Source: a virus
Virus record (IMG/VR): IMGVR_UViG_3300029922_000004
Length of the DNA: 64,000 bases
Strand: one strand, 5' to 3'
The notes beneath the pieces are model-generated. The model was not told the origin of the DNA. It did not search any database and was given only the letters and a program-made list of their open reading frames with translations. The position numbers were made by a program, and so were the translations under genes. Shown here piece after piece: positions 8,239 to 18,381 of this stretch; the stretch's first letter is position 1, and every line of letters begins with the position of its first letter.

Positions 8239-11175
8239 ATGGATAAAATGAAATTTAACGCCTTGGAAGAAATGGCGAACTTTACCTTTACCTCAAAATA
8301 TGCAAGATATGATGAAAAAAAACTCCGTCGGGAGACATGGGAAGAAACAATTAGCCGCGTTGAGAAGATGCACCTCAAGAAATTTAAGTTTTTATCAGAA
8401 CCAGACAAACAAGAAATAATTAAGGCTTTTGATTTTGTTAGAGAAAAAAAGGTAAGCCCCTCAATGCGTTCGGCCCAATTTGGTGGTAAAGCCATTGAGC
8501 AACATAACGCCAGAATCTACAATTGTGGGGTTAGACATATTGACTCTATACGTTCTTTTGCTGAATCATTTTATATTCTTCTATGTGGAACTGGAATTGG
8601 ATTTGGTTTGAATAAATATTTTCTTGGTCGTCTCCCCGACCTAGTAAATGAAAATGACAAAACTGGCTCTGTTCTTACTTATCCCGTCCAAGACTCAATA
8701 GAAGGATGGGCTGATTCTTTAGAGGCTTTATTAAATTGTTATTTTAAAAACACAGCCTATTCTGGAAGGAAAATCGTTTTTGATTATAGCAAAATCCGTC
8801 CGCGCGGCGCACCGCTTAAAACTGGCGGTGGGAAAGCCCCCGGATATAAGGGTTTGAAAAATGCTCACAAGAAAATCAAAATACTTTTGGACGCTATTAT
8901 AGAGGATAAACATCAAACCCGCCTTAAAACCATTGATGCTTATGATATTTTAATGCATATGAGTGATGCAGTTTTATCGGGCGGTATCAGACGTTCTGCT
9001 TGTTCTGTTATTTTTGATGCTGGAGATGAGGATATGATGAACGCCAAAACTGGTAATTGGTTTAAGGATAATCCTCAACGAGCCAGAAGTAATAACTCTG
9101 CAATTATCATTCGTGGCAAAACAACCCTTAAAGAATTTAAAACGCTTATAGGAAAAACAAAAGAATTTGGAGAACCGGGATTTATTTATGTGGAAAACGA
9201 GCAGCAATTATTAAATCCATGTCAGCCAAAATGGGCAAAACTTTTGACCCAAAATGGTATCAAAGAATTAAAAGATGTTAATATTGGAGATGAAATTTGG
9301 TCTTCTGAGGGTTGGACTAAAATTGTCAAAAAATGGTCAACTGGTGTTAAAAAGGTCTACGAGTATAGAACGACAGCGGGAGTTTTTTATGGAACCGAAA
9401 ATCATAAATTAATTTCTAATGGACAAAAGATTGAAGCCAAAGATTGCGAATCTATTGATATTTTAAGTGGAGAATATAAGTCAATCTGTGTTTTAGATAC
9501 TCAAGATATTATGGACGGACTGGTTTTTGGAGATGGGTCGGTGCATGAGGCAAGTAATAATTTAGTTCATTTGTGCTTGGGAGAAAATGACCACGACTAC
9601 TTTAAAAGTGAGGTGGCGGATTTTATCATAAAACACAGACCGGGATTACACGATTTTGCTTATCAAGTCAAAACTACCATTACTCACGATGAAATTCCAA
9701 AAACCTATAATCGTAGTATCCCAGATAGATTTTTTTATGGTAGTTATACCAAAAGGTGTTCATTTTTACGAGGGCTTTATTCTGCCAATGGGAGCATTTG
9801 TGGAAATAGAGTTACACTCAAGGCATCGTCTTTTAAAGTTATTGAACAGGTTCAAACAATGTTATCTTCTCTTGGAATCAAATCATATTATACGACTAAT
9901 AGACCAACCCAAGTTGAATTTTCAAATGGTATTTATGAGTGCAAACAGAGTTACGATTTAAATATTTCGACTGACCGAGCGAAGTTTCAACAAAATATAG
10001 GTTTTATACAGGGATATAAAAACGAAAAATTGTCGAAAATCATCAATTCGACTACTCTAAAAAATAAAGTAAAAAATAATTATGATGTTGTTTCTATTAA
10101 TTTGGTCTCGGAAGAGGAAGTTTTCGATATCACCGTAGATAATCCATCTCATACTTATTGGACGCAGGGTTGCAATGTATCAAACTGCTACGAAATTTCA
10201 TTCATTCCAGTAACATCAGACGGAAGAACTGGATACCAGTTTTGTAACCTGACTTCTATTAATGGAACTAAAATAACATCCCTACAAGATTTTAAAGACG
10301 CTTCTTGGGCGGCTTCTTTAATAGGAACTCTGCAAGCCGCTTATACTTCATTCCCATATCTAGGACACACCTCTGAAGAACTGTCTCGTGAAGAAAGCCT
10401 TTTGGGAGTGAGTATAACAGGAATGTTTGACTCGCCGGAAATACTTTTTAATGAAAAACATCAAAAAGAAGCCGCTAAAGTAGCGGTTGATACAAATAAA
10501 ACTTGGGCTAAAAAAATCGGCGTCAATCAAGCCGCTAGAGTAACGTGCGTTAAACCAGAGGGAACAAATAGCATAGTATTGTCGGCCTCTTCTGGAATTC
10601 ATGCCCATCACGCTAAGAAATATTTCCGCCGGATACAAGTTAATAAAGATGATAATATTTTTAAATTTTTTAAACTATACAATCCGCACGCTTGCGAAGA
10701 AAGTCAGTGGAGCGCAAATAAAACCGACGAAGTAATTACTTTTCCTATTGAAGTCCCCGCAACTTTTAAGGTCAAAAAAGATTTGACCGCCATCGAACAT
10801 CTCAAATTAATAAAACTTACCCAAGAAAACTGGGTTCAGACTGGGACGACAGAAGCGAATAAAAAACCACTTCATCATAGCGTATCTTGTACTGTAATGG
10901 TAAAAGATAATGAATGGGAAGAAGTAACCAAGTATCTTTTCGAAAACCAAAAAGACTTTACAGCCGTTTCATTATTACCTTATTCTGGCGATAAGATTTA
11001 TAAACAAGCACCAATGGAAGAAGTATCGACCCCAGAAGATGAAATTAAATTTAATGAATTAATCAAAAATTGGACTCGTGTGGATTATAAAAAATTGCAG
11101 GAGGAAGACGATGCGACATTACATTTGGCAGAGGCATCATGTCAAAATGGAGCGTGTGAATTAACCAAGATTTGA
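8239..11175 (+). CDS. nrdJ: Class II (adenosylcobalamin-dependent) ribonucleotide reductase containing an intein
   Basis: SPSMRSAQFGG, YNC, GGIRRSA, NP(intein)CYEI active-site motif, TCVKPEGT, C-terminal CQNGACE. Confidence 0.92.
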   Translation: MDKMKFNALEEMANFTFTSKYARYDEKKLRRETWEETISRVEKMHLKKFKFLSEPDKQEIIKAFDFVREKKVSPSMRSAQFGGKAIEQHNARIYNCGVRHIDSIRSFAESFYILLCGTGIGFGLNKYFLGRLPDLVNENDKTGSVLTYPVQDSIEGWADSLEALLNCYFKNTAYSGRKIVFDYSKIRPRGAPLKTGGGKAPGYKGLKNAHKKIKILLDAIIEDKHQTRLKTIDAYDILMHMSDAVLSGGIRRSACSVIFDAGDEDMMNAKTGNWFKDNPQRARSNNSAIIIRGKTTLKEFKTLIGKTKEFGEPGFIYVENEQQLLNPCQPKWAKLLTQNGIKELKDVNIGDEIWSSEGWTKIVKKWSTGVKKVYEYRTTAGVFYGTENHKLISNGQKIEAKDCESIDILSGEYKSICVLDTQDIMDGLVFGDGSVHEASNNLVHLCLGENDHDYFKSEVADFIIKHRPGLHDFAYQVKTTITHDEIPKTYNRSIPDRFFYGSYTKRCSFLRGLYSANGSICGNRVTLKASSFKVIEQVQTMLSSLGIKSYYTTNRPTQVEFSNGIYECKQSYDLNISTDRAKFQQNIGFIQGYKNEKLSKIINSTTLKNKVKNNYDVVSINLVSEEEVFDITVDNPSHTYWTQGCNVSNCYEISFIPVTSDGRTGYQFCNLTSINGTKITSLQDFKDASWAASLIGTLQAAYTSFPYLGHTSEELSREESLLGVSITGMFDSPEILFNEKHQKEAAKVAVDTNKTWAKKIGVNQAARVTCVKPEGTNSIVLSASSGIHAHHAKKYFRRIQVNKDDNIFKFFKLYNPHACEESQWSANKTDEVITFPIEVPATFKVKKDLTAIEHLKLIKLTQENWVQTGTTEANKKPLHHSVSCTVMVKDNEWEEVTKYLFENQKDFTAVSLLPYSGDKIYKQAPMEEVSTPEDEIKFNELIKNWTRVDYKKLQEEDDATLHLAEASCQNGACELTKI
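9220..10185 (+). mobile_element. Intein (322 aa) with LAGLIDADG homing endonuclease, inserted at the RNR active-site cysteine
   Basis: Starts CQPKWAKLLT after NP; block B GTENHKL; DIMDGLVFGDGS and FLRGLYSANGS; ends VFDITV...NVSN followed by +1 Cys. Confidence 0.9.
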
Positions 11176-11334
11176 TATGTATAAACAACTCCAATTTAAG
11201 TTCAAAGACGTTAATCAATTGGAATTTGAATGTTTGCATTTACCTTTGATTGAATGGTGTCGGCATCGGGATGATATTATGAAAGAATGGTTCTATGATA
11301 TGGTCGTTCGGACTTTCAGGGGAGAATTTGGGCT

Positions 11335-11363
11335 TGACAAATAGGGAAATTTAGTTTAATATA
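11335..11363 (+). promoter_or_regulatory. Sigma-70 type promoter of the tmRNA
   Basis: TTGACA at 11335, 17-nt spacer, TAATAT. Confidence 0.6.
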
Positions 11364-11379
11364 GTGTAATAGAATTTAT

Positions 11380-11751
11380 GGGGCCGAAAGGTTTCGACAT
11401 TCGTTATTTGAAATATGGAGCAAGTCTGAGTGTTGGTGGCTCAGTAAAAACCAACAAAAAACTTAATTGCCAACGCAATCAAGAGTCTGGCCTTCGTCGC
11501 TTGTATGAGCTTCGACCGGCAAGAAGTCATGGCGTAAACTACGCCGTCCGTTCTACTCTGGAAGTCTGATAAAGAAATAGAGCGTAATCATTGGACAAAA
11601 AACATTATTATCCGTTGAAATGTTAAAAAATAATGGATTATGGGTGGTGAATTTTTCAATTAGTATATCCATCCGAAATAAAAAGTTGATAAACTTGTAG
11701 TTGCCGTATTTAGGATAAGGTCTGCACCCCGCTTCGATGCGGGCGGCTCCA
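11380..11751 (+). ncRNA. ssrA: tmRNA
   Basis: 5' GGGGCCGAAAGGTTTCGAC pairs with 3' CGGCTCC-A (G3:U70); pseudoknot 1 CTGAG/CTCAG plus TGTTGG/CCAACA; GCAAGT/ACTTGT helix; TAATT-GCC resume context; T-arm CCCGC-TTCGAT-GCGGG; CCA not encoded. Confidence 0.93.
11469..11537 (+). other. tmRNA tag reading frame ANAIKSLAFVACMSFDRQEVMA*
   Basis: In-frame translation from resume codon GCC at 11469 to TAA at 11535-11537. Confidence 0.75.
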
Positions 11752-11798
11752 TCATCTTTTCTTTTGAACTTTATCGTTGCTGGCGACTCTAATGTATA

Positions 11799-12894
11799 AT
11801 GACTAAAACTACTCAAGACGCCGACCTAAAAAATCAAATGGTAGAGGAGGCTTTACTAATTCTAAATTCTGTCGGTTTCCTAGAGAAACAAATCAATGAC
11901 AAATTCAGTCTTCTTGATGAGGCAATTAATAATAAATTATATAAAGAAGCCGAAATCCTCGAACGTCAAATCCGCGCCCTAGTGAAGAAAATCGGGCGGG
12001 AAAACATTAATATGGACATCTTTATGCTAAAATACACTACTATAGTGCATGAAAAAGAAAAATTGGTATATCATAGTGAACGCGCATAATTCATTTTTGT
12101 ATGGCTCATTCCCCCGCACCAAGGACGGTAAAACGGCGGCAGTAGCGTATAAGGACGAACTTAAGAAGAAAAATAAAAGTTTAAAACTCGTAATAAAATG
12201 AACCACAACGTCAAAGCCCGTGCCCGGATACAAATTACCGTGGAGATAGATTCAGAGTCCCCTTGGGGAGCGACATCGGTTATAGGTCAATTGTATGACC
12301 AAGCGAGTAAGGAAGCGGTAGAGAAACTGATGGGTGTAATACGAAAACAAATTCCTACCGCCAAAATCATTGGAGACCCGAAGGTTATTAGCGTTATCAC
12401 AGACCCAGTATGAGTTGCTCCTGTAACCCCGAAAACCCCCAAAAGAAAGCAGCCTTGGAGTTGATTAACCAAATTATCATCCTTGCCCAGATTGAAGACA
12501 AAGCCTTCCGCGACTTAAAGAGGCAGGGAAACAATAATAATGTATTACCCGCCGGAATCTCGCCGGTGGAGTTTCATTTAAAGAGTTTGAAGGAGTTAGT
12601 GGAGAAAATATGATTAACGTTTCCTATATAAAATCCTTATTTTTTATTCATCAGTCGCTTAAAGTCCCTATTACAGCGTCCATTCATTGCTCCCTTTTTA
12701 AATACAAAATCGACACAGAAATCAAGGATGGCGTCTTAGAAATTTTTTATAACGATTATAAAATCTGGCGGGAGTCACTCGTCGCGGAGCCAAACTTTTT
12801 TGGCGTTGAAACTTGCAGCGAAATCGCGAGGATTGTATCGATGATAGACGCGGGGGATATGCAATGGAAGTCTCGGTGTAGATTTGAGGTTTAG
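11799..12894 (+). CDS. Run of short hypothetical ORFs (11799-12089, about 12046-12201, 12198-12413, 12410-12613, 12610-12894)
   Basis: Co-oriented ORFs, mostly with ATGA-type overlaps; no recognisable motifs. Confidence 0.55.
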
Positions 12895-12936
12895 TTTTTG
12901 CTTGACATTTTAAGAAGAATCTCTTATACTGGTTAT

Positions 12937-13455
12937 GTGGAAAATACGGAATTTACGATAAAAATAGAAGGGGCTTCGCAAAAAGCCCGCGCCTACCTCG
13001 TCTCCCACTTCAAAATCAATGATAATGACCTTGACGATATTATCCAGCAATCCACAATGAACGCCCTTAAAAATCTCCCCGCGTTTTCGGGGAAAAGCCA
13101 TTTTGATACATGGTTCCTCTCCATCTGCAAGCACGAAACCTCAAAAATGTTGAGGAATAATGCCCGATTTTCGGGGATGGAAAACGTGGATTTCGGCGGA
13201 CATGAACCAGAAGTATTTCAAAAAATACATACCGACGACTGCGTTAAACTCATTCATAACGCGATGAAATCCCTGAGCGAGAAGCATCACGCTATTATCA
13301 AAATCGTCTTGGAGAATTCATCCTCCTATAAAGAAATCGCCGACGTTCTTCATATTCCAATTAACTCCGCAAAAACCCGCCTTTTTTACGCCAAAAAACA
13401 CTTGCGAAATATTATTGAGCGCGAGAACAACATTCCTGATTATGTATATTATTAA
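12937..13455 (+). CDS. ECF-type sigma factor
   Basis: DDIIQQ.TMNALKNLPAFSGKSHFDTWFLSI (region 2) and LSEKHHAII...SYKEIADVLHIPINSAKTRLFYAKKHL (region 4); GTG start 6 nt after TATACT. Confidence 0.85.
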   Translation: MENTEFTIKIEGASQKARAYLVSHFKINDNDLDDIIQQSTMNALKNLPAFSGKSHFDTWFLSICKHETSKMLRNNARFSGMENVDFGGHEPEVFQKIHTDDCVKLIHNAMKSLSEKHHAIIKIVLENSSSYKEIADVLHIPINSAKTRLFYAKKHLRNIIERENNIPDYVYY

Positions 13456-14125
13456 AAATAAAGGAGGAATTTTTTCACAAGAGCAGTCGGCATTTATAGA
13501 AGAGCATTATACTCATAAGGGTTCTCTTTTTTGTGCTACACAATTAGGTTTTACTCCACAACAAATCTGTACGAGGGCGCATCTTCTTGGGTTAAAAAAG
13601 ATTTGGTTTGACGAAAAGGGTAGGAAGATTTGCGGACATTGCAAGAAATATAAAAAACCTAAAGATTTTCCAATGAGGGATTCTAAAAAAGGTAAAATAT
13701 CTGCTCGTTGCCGTAAGTGTTGTACAGAATGTACGAGAGAATATCTAAAAATTCCAGCAAATAGAGAAAGGTTAAATCGCAATCGGCGTGATGCACTGAG
13801 AAAAAATCCCAGTTTTCGTATGGGAATGTTAATTTCTTGTAAAATTAGAGAAGCTATTAAGGGGCAGACTGGGGAGAAAAACAAGAATTATGCAGAAGCT
13901 CTTTTAGGTATTCCTATTATGGAATACAGAGAGTATATTAAAGATAAGTTTATAAAGGGGATGGCTTGGGAAAATTATGGTGAATGGGACATCGACCACA
14001 TAAAGCCCTTATCATCGTTTGATTTAACAGACCCAGAACAACAAAAAATCTGTTTTTATCATACTAATACACAACCGCTATGGGAAGAGGATAATCAAAA
14101 GAAAGGGGCAAAAATTGTTCTCTAA
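13442..14125 (+). CDS. HNH homing endonuclease
   Basis: CGHC/CRKC zinc motif; WDIDHIKPLSSFDL...CFYHTNTQPLWEEDNQKKG. Confidence 0.85.
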   Translation: MYIIKNKGGIFSQEQSAFIEEHYTHKGSLFCATQLGFTPQQICTRAHLLGLKKIWFDEKGRKICGHCKKYKKPKDFPMRDSKKGKISARCRKCCTECTREYLKIPANRERLNRNRRDALRKNPSFRMGMLISCKIREAIKGQTGEKNKNYAEALLGIPIMEYREYIKDKFIKGMAWENYGEWDIDHIKPLSSFDLTDPEQQKICFYHTNTQPLWEEDNQKKGAKIVL

Positions 14126-14845
14126 CGACACATATAACTTCCTACGAATAGAAAACGTAGATAAGATTCCATTCCCCTCACAGATAAAAGACAATCTCGC
14201 GGGATATGACTGGTCTAATCATACTTGGAATACTTTTGGACTTCCGGCATTTCATAGTACCTTTACTATCACCGGCGACCAATTATATTTTGAAAAAGAC
14301 GCCGACGATAACATGGCTCTGCGGAAAGAAGATTGGAGTGGTCAAATTTTAGCCAGTTGCGTAATCCCGAATCCCAACAACTGCGGGGAGGTTTATTTTT
14401 TAACATTTGAACTTACATTTTGCCACGGAACTTTAAGTGCGGCGACCCTCAAAGAATTCAAGACTCAACCCAAAGTAGATTACGATACGGGTCTGGTAAA
14501 GTTCCAAACCAAACTCGCCAAGAGCATAAAACTCCGCAATTCGTGGTATTTTAAGTGGTTATATCTGCCGTACTTTTACCTTCTGAAATGGATATCTGTG
14601 GGGGTTGTTTTTGTTGTGGAATTTATATTGAGGGTATTTTGTTGGATTGTAGATTTGTTGTTGCCGATAAAGATATGAATGAAGAATTTGAGCGTTGTTG
14701 TCTACAGTGGAATCCCAATATAGAAGCAATACATTGGGGTTTAAAAATGGCAGCAATGAATGGAACTCCTACTAAATTTGATAAATTTGTTTACTGTCCT
14801 TGGTGTGGCAAGAAATTGAGTGAAAGAAAGCCCTTTAAACCATGA
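14115..14845 (+). CDS. Two hypothetical ORFs (14115-14678 with C-terminal hydrophobic segment; 14675-14845 small CPWC zinc-ribbon protein)
   Basis: ORF track; ATGA overlap; FVYCPWCGKKL. Confidence 0.55.
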
Positions 14846-15192
14846 AATTAGCAATCATAGGCTCTCGGACTTTTAATGACTATTATGCCGCCGAACAAGT
14901 TTTTCTTAAAGAATTTCAAGGTCAAGACATAACAGAAATAGTCAGCGGCGGGGCTGTTGGAGCAGATTTAATAGGCAAAGATATAGCAGTTAATTTTAAA
15001 TTAAAATATAAAGAATTTATCCCCGACTGGCAAAAATATGGTAGAAGCGCGGGTTTTAGACGTAATCAACTTATTATTGACTACGCTGATATAGTGCTGG
15101 CATTTTGGGATGGGAAATCCAAGGGGACTTCAAACTCAATAGACATAGCAACGAAACAGGGAAAGAAAGTAATAACTCATTTATTTAGTTGA
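14842..15192 (+). CDS. SLOG-superfamily protein (DUF2493/YspA-like)
   Basis: KLAIIGSRTF, IVSGGAVGAD, AGFRRNQLII, AFWDGKSKGT. Confidence 0.85.
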   Translation: MKLAIIGSRTFNDYYAAEQVFLKEFQGQDITEIVSGGAVGADLIGKDIAVNFKLKYKEFIPDWQKYGRSAGFRRNQLIIDYADIVLAFWDGKSKGTSNSIDIATKQGKKVITHLFS

Positions 15193-15219
15193 ATTTTCTT
15201 AATTTTAATATAATACTCT

Positions 15220-15729
15220 ATGTCACCAGCACCACTAAATTACGGAGATGGGTCTACAGCTACCTATTTATGGGACGCTCCCGAACCCGAAGATTCAAAA
15301 CATATTGACATGGGTATAGTCAGGAATATACAGTTAAAAGTTGATATTACTGATGCTTGCAATAAAGCCTGTCGAGAAAATGTATCTAATACCCCAGATT
15401 TTATCCTAGCGGAATACATAATGGCCGCACTTGACGCTTTTGAAAAAGCCAGTATCGCGCGGGAAAAGTGGTATGGTAAATCTTTAAGTATCGGCGGAAA
15501 TTAATTTATGCAAACAGAAAACCAACAAGCCCTAATCAATAAAATCATCGCAGAATCGCCCAATAAGAAATGCGCGGGATGTGGGCATGAATACTTTATC
15601 CGAGCCACGATTCAAAAGGAAGTCTCTGCCGTTTTGAGCGGTACAGGCAAGCCAGAAGTTCTCCTAGCGGAAATATTACTTTGCCAAAAATGCGGGGAAA
15701 AGTCAGAACAGAATAAGATTATTTCCTAA
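15220..15729 (+). CDS. Two small hypothetical ORFs (15220-15504; 15508-15729 zinc ribbon)
   Basis: ORF track; CAGC...CQKC in the second. Confidence 0.55.
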
Positions 15730-15899
15730 TATGCAAGCTAAGACGAAAAAACAATCCCGCCGAGACGCGAAAATCAATAAAATAGTTGTTCAAGCTCTCC
15801 AAGATTTATGGAGAAGGGATTTAATAGAGATTGAGCGGCAAATGAAAACTCATCTTGACTGCGTTGCGGGAGAAGGTTGTAAGTCCTCGTCCGAAACAC

Positions 15900-16403
15900 T
15901 TAGTCGGTAGTTTTCTTCTGCTCCGCTAGAGGCTCGGAGTTCGGCTTGACGCTAGAAGCCTCGTTCGCGGTTTTATTCAGGGGAAGATTATGTTGGAAAG
16001 CGGGCGGGACATTTTTCAGTTCTGGCCAATTTTTAAGAATTTCCTCTTCGCTAAACCAGCCTTTGCCGTCCCATTCATCAAGTGATGTGTCGCGGTTTTC
16101 TGGAGCCACATTATCATTCAGATAAAAATCGGAAAGTGTGTTTAGTTTTAGAAGCGGGGTTTCGTCGTGACCATCAGTGTTGGCTTTTGAAACTTTAGAC
16201 GCCCAGTGGTTAGGCAAATATTTTGGGCCGGGATTGTTTAAGTCGGTGGCGTTGCTATCAAAATCAACTCTCACCACGCTGCCGTCCGCAGCCTCCGCGT
16301 AGACTGCAAAGGCTTTCGGCCCCTTGGATTTAAACGGGCGGTGAAGAAATTTATCCTTCTTGGCTTTAGCGATACTCTGTGAAAAGTCGACGGTGATATT
16401 CAT
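15900..16403 (-). CDS. Hypothetical protein with DUF6321-like 'KPF..GPKKFAVY' segment
   Basis: HRPFKSKGPKAFAVYAEAADGSVVRVDF resembles a motif common in environmental large phages (recalled, not searched). Confidence 0.45.
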   Translation of the reverse strand: MNITVDFSQSIAKAKKDKFLHRPFKSKGPKAFAVYAEAADGSVVRVDFDSNATDLNNPGPKYLPNHWASKVSKANTDGHDETPLLKLNTLSDFYLNDNVAPENRDTSLDEWDGKGWFSEEEILKNWPELKNVPPAFQHNLPLNKTANEASSVKPNSEPLAEQKKTTD

Positions 16404-16420
16404 AATATGGATAATTACAC

Positions 16421-17143
16421 CTATTTTTGCGACTTGGAGGCTTTTTCTTCCAAATGCTTCTGGAGCAAGTCGCCGAGATTATTCAGGGGTTTCTTCGCGC
16501 CAAGTCCGGGTTGCATCCCGCCATCATCGTAGCGTTGACCGTCCCATGCCGAAAGTTGGAAGGGGGGCGGCGTAAAACCGGAATCGAAGCTTTCCTTTGA
16601 TAAGTAATTGTCCCCGACAGGATTAATTTTTGCTCCAGCCTTCTCTTCTAATTGTAGAGAGTCAACAACCCCGCCGTCATAACGAAAACCGCCTTTGTGG
16701 TCGCCGGATAAAATAGAGGTAGGGTTTTGTGCCATTGAAATCGGGCTGCTACGTCCACTCGGAAATTCTATGAGGAACGCACTATTGGGGTCGACTGCCA
16801 TTTTCTCCGAAGCAAAATCTGCGTTTCGGTGGTAACTTTGGTCGAAAATATCGACTCGAATCCTGTCATTGTCAACTGTAGCCCCACTTTGAGCAAGTGT
16901 CTCTTTCGGTAGAAAATCGCGCGTCATATCCTGTGTTGCTTTAAAAAAATCTTTACTTTCTTCGTGTAAATCGCGGGGTTTGAGAATCGTTTTAACAGAA
17001 CCACTTACACTCGCGGAGTTGATTTCTTGTGAAATTTTGTCAACAACGTCGGGGTTGGCTAAACGCTGTTTCCAATATTGACGGGTAAAATCACCGGGTT
17101 GCCCGTCTGCAAAAAGGTCAAGTGGCTCTCGTGAAAATCCCAT
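16421..17143 (-). CDS. Hypothetical protein (240 aa)
   Basis: Long uninterrupted ORF co-oriented with 15900-16403. Confidence 0.6.
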   Translation of the reverse strand: MGFSREPLDLFADGQPGDFTRQYWKQRLANPDVVDKISQEINSASVSGSVKTILKPRDLHEESKDFFKATQDMTRDFLPKETLAQSGATVDNDRIRVDIFDQSYHRNADFASEKMAVDPNSAFLIEFPSGRSSPISMAQNPTSILSGDHKGGFRYDGGVVDSLQLEEKAGAKINPVGDNYLSKESFDSGFTPPPFQLSAWDGQRYDDGGMQPGLGAKKPLNNLGDLLQKHLEEKASKSQK

Positions 17144-17202
17144 ATTGTTATATTACACAAAATTGTCCTTTATACTTTCTCTTATTTCTACTATAATACT
17201 CA

Positions 17203-17529
17203 ATGAAAAAAATCCTAATCTTGTCTGCTATCGTTTTGTCAGTTTTCGCGGTATCTGCGATTGCCCAGACCAATACCGTCCCCGCAGGAACAAACGCGCC
17301 TGTAGTGACGCATAACGTCGAATCTGACGCCATCCAGTTGGTCTCTGATATCGCGCCGAATGTTGGCTGGAAGAATCTTGCGGCTCTAATTTTGAGCGTC
17401 AATCTTTTGGCTCAAGGTATTAACAACTACTATCTCAAACGCAATCCGAAGGCTCAAAACAGCACTTTAGGCAAGTTAGTGGCTCATGTCGCGGTTGACC
17501 CGATTACAGTTCCCGCAAATAAAGTGTAA
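17203..17529 (+). CDS. Exported/membrane protein with signal peptide
   Basis: MKKILILSAIVLSVFAVSAIA signal; internal hydrophobic segment NLAALILSVNLLA. Confidence 0.7.
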   Translation: MKKILILSAIVLSVFAVSAIAQTNTVPAGTNAPVVTHNVESDAIQLVSDIAPNVGWKNLAALILSVNLLAQGINNYYLKRNPKAQNSTLGKLVAHVAVDPITVPANKV

Positions 17530-17581
17530 TTTTAGAAAATAATACTTGACATTTTCCGAAAAGTATGCAATAATTAGTTAT

Positions 17582-18022
17582 ATGAAAAAAATCCTCATTT
17601 CTCTCTCGTTTGCCCTGATGCTGGCGGCTGTTGGTTTTGGAATCGCGGGGTGTGCGACGAATGCTAATTTGGCTCCTAACGGCGCTTATTCGAATGACGC
17701 CTTCCTCTACAACGTAGATTCTGTAGTAATTTCCTCATATTCGTCCATCGATGCGTTTTTGGTTTTTGAGACTGCGAATGAAAATTATTTCAAAACGAAT
17801 TCTCCCGCAACATTTGCTTTGGCCAATACGATTCGTGCTAAGACTCCAAAAATCCTCTCTGATATTAATATTGCCAGAACCGCTTATGTCAAATACTTTT
17901 CAGAAACGAATGCATCGTTTGCAGATTTGCAGTCAGCTAGTAACACGCTATCTTCCGCTTTAACAGAGATTACATCTGAGGCGACTAGCACATCAACCGT
18001 TTCAACAAACATTACCCAATAA
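17582..18022 (+). CDS. Lipoprotein
   Basis: MKKILISLSFALMLAAVGFGIAG-C lipobox; helical mature part. Confidence 0.7.
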   Translation: MKKILISLSFALMLAAVGFGIAGCATNANLAPNGAYSNDAFLYNVDSVVISSYSSIDAFLVFETANENYFKTNSPATFALANTIRAKTPKILSDINIARTAYVKYFSETNASFADLQSASNTLSSALTEITSEATSTSTVSTNITQ

Positions 18023-18026
18023 ATTT

Positions 18027-18314
18027 ATGGCAACAACTACACAAACAACAATCGCGGTCGGAGCTAATGACCTCAGTGCAGCAGTCAACGCGCTGCTACC
18101 CGTTTTATCCGCATATATTCCGGCGGTTGCTTCGAATGCCCAATTAGTTACGTTAGGTACATCTGCACTAACGAGTTTGGCTACACTGATTGCTAATTTG
18201 CCAATTTCTACTGGGACTATTAGTGTGGCCCAACAGAGCGCTTTGCTCGCTCAGATTTATACGATTCTTTCCGGCTCGGAATTGGCTGGAAAAGAGTGGG
18301 TCGTTCAAACATAA
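18027..18314 (+). CDS. Small Ala/Leu-rich amphipathic protein
   Basis: 95-aa ORF 4 nt after the lipoprotein stop. Confidence 0.6.
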   Translation: MATTTQTTIAVGANDLSAAVNALLPVLSAYIPAVASNAQLVTLGTSALTSLATLIANLPISTGTISVAQQSALLAQIYTILSGSELAGKEWVVQT

Positions 18315-18327
18315 TTTAAACTTTAGT

Positions 18328-18367
18328 GTTCATAGAGACTCCAAGTATTAATTTATTTGGAGTTTTT
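18328..18367 (+). terminator. Intrinsic terminator
   Basis: ACTCCAAGTA-ttaatt-TATTTGGAGT hairpin followed by T-run. Confidence 0.55.
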
Positions 18368-18381
18368 TCGTATAATAAACA

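Noticed and set aside
11378-11816. ORF-track entries 11378-11569 (+) and 11553-11816 (-)
   Set aside because: They lie within the tmRNA and are not the tag frame; considered spurious
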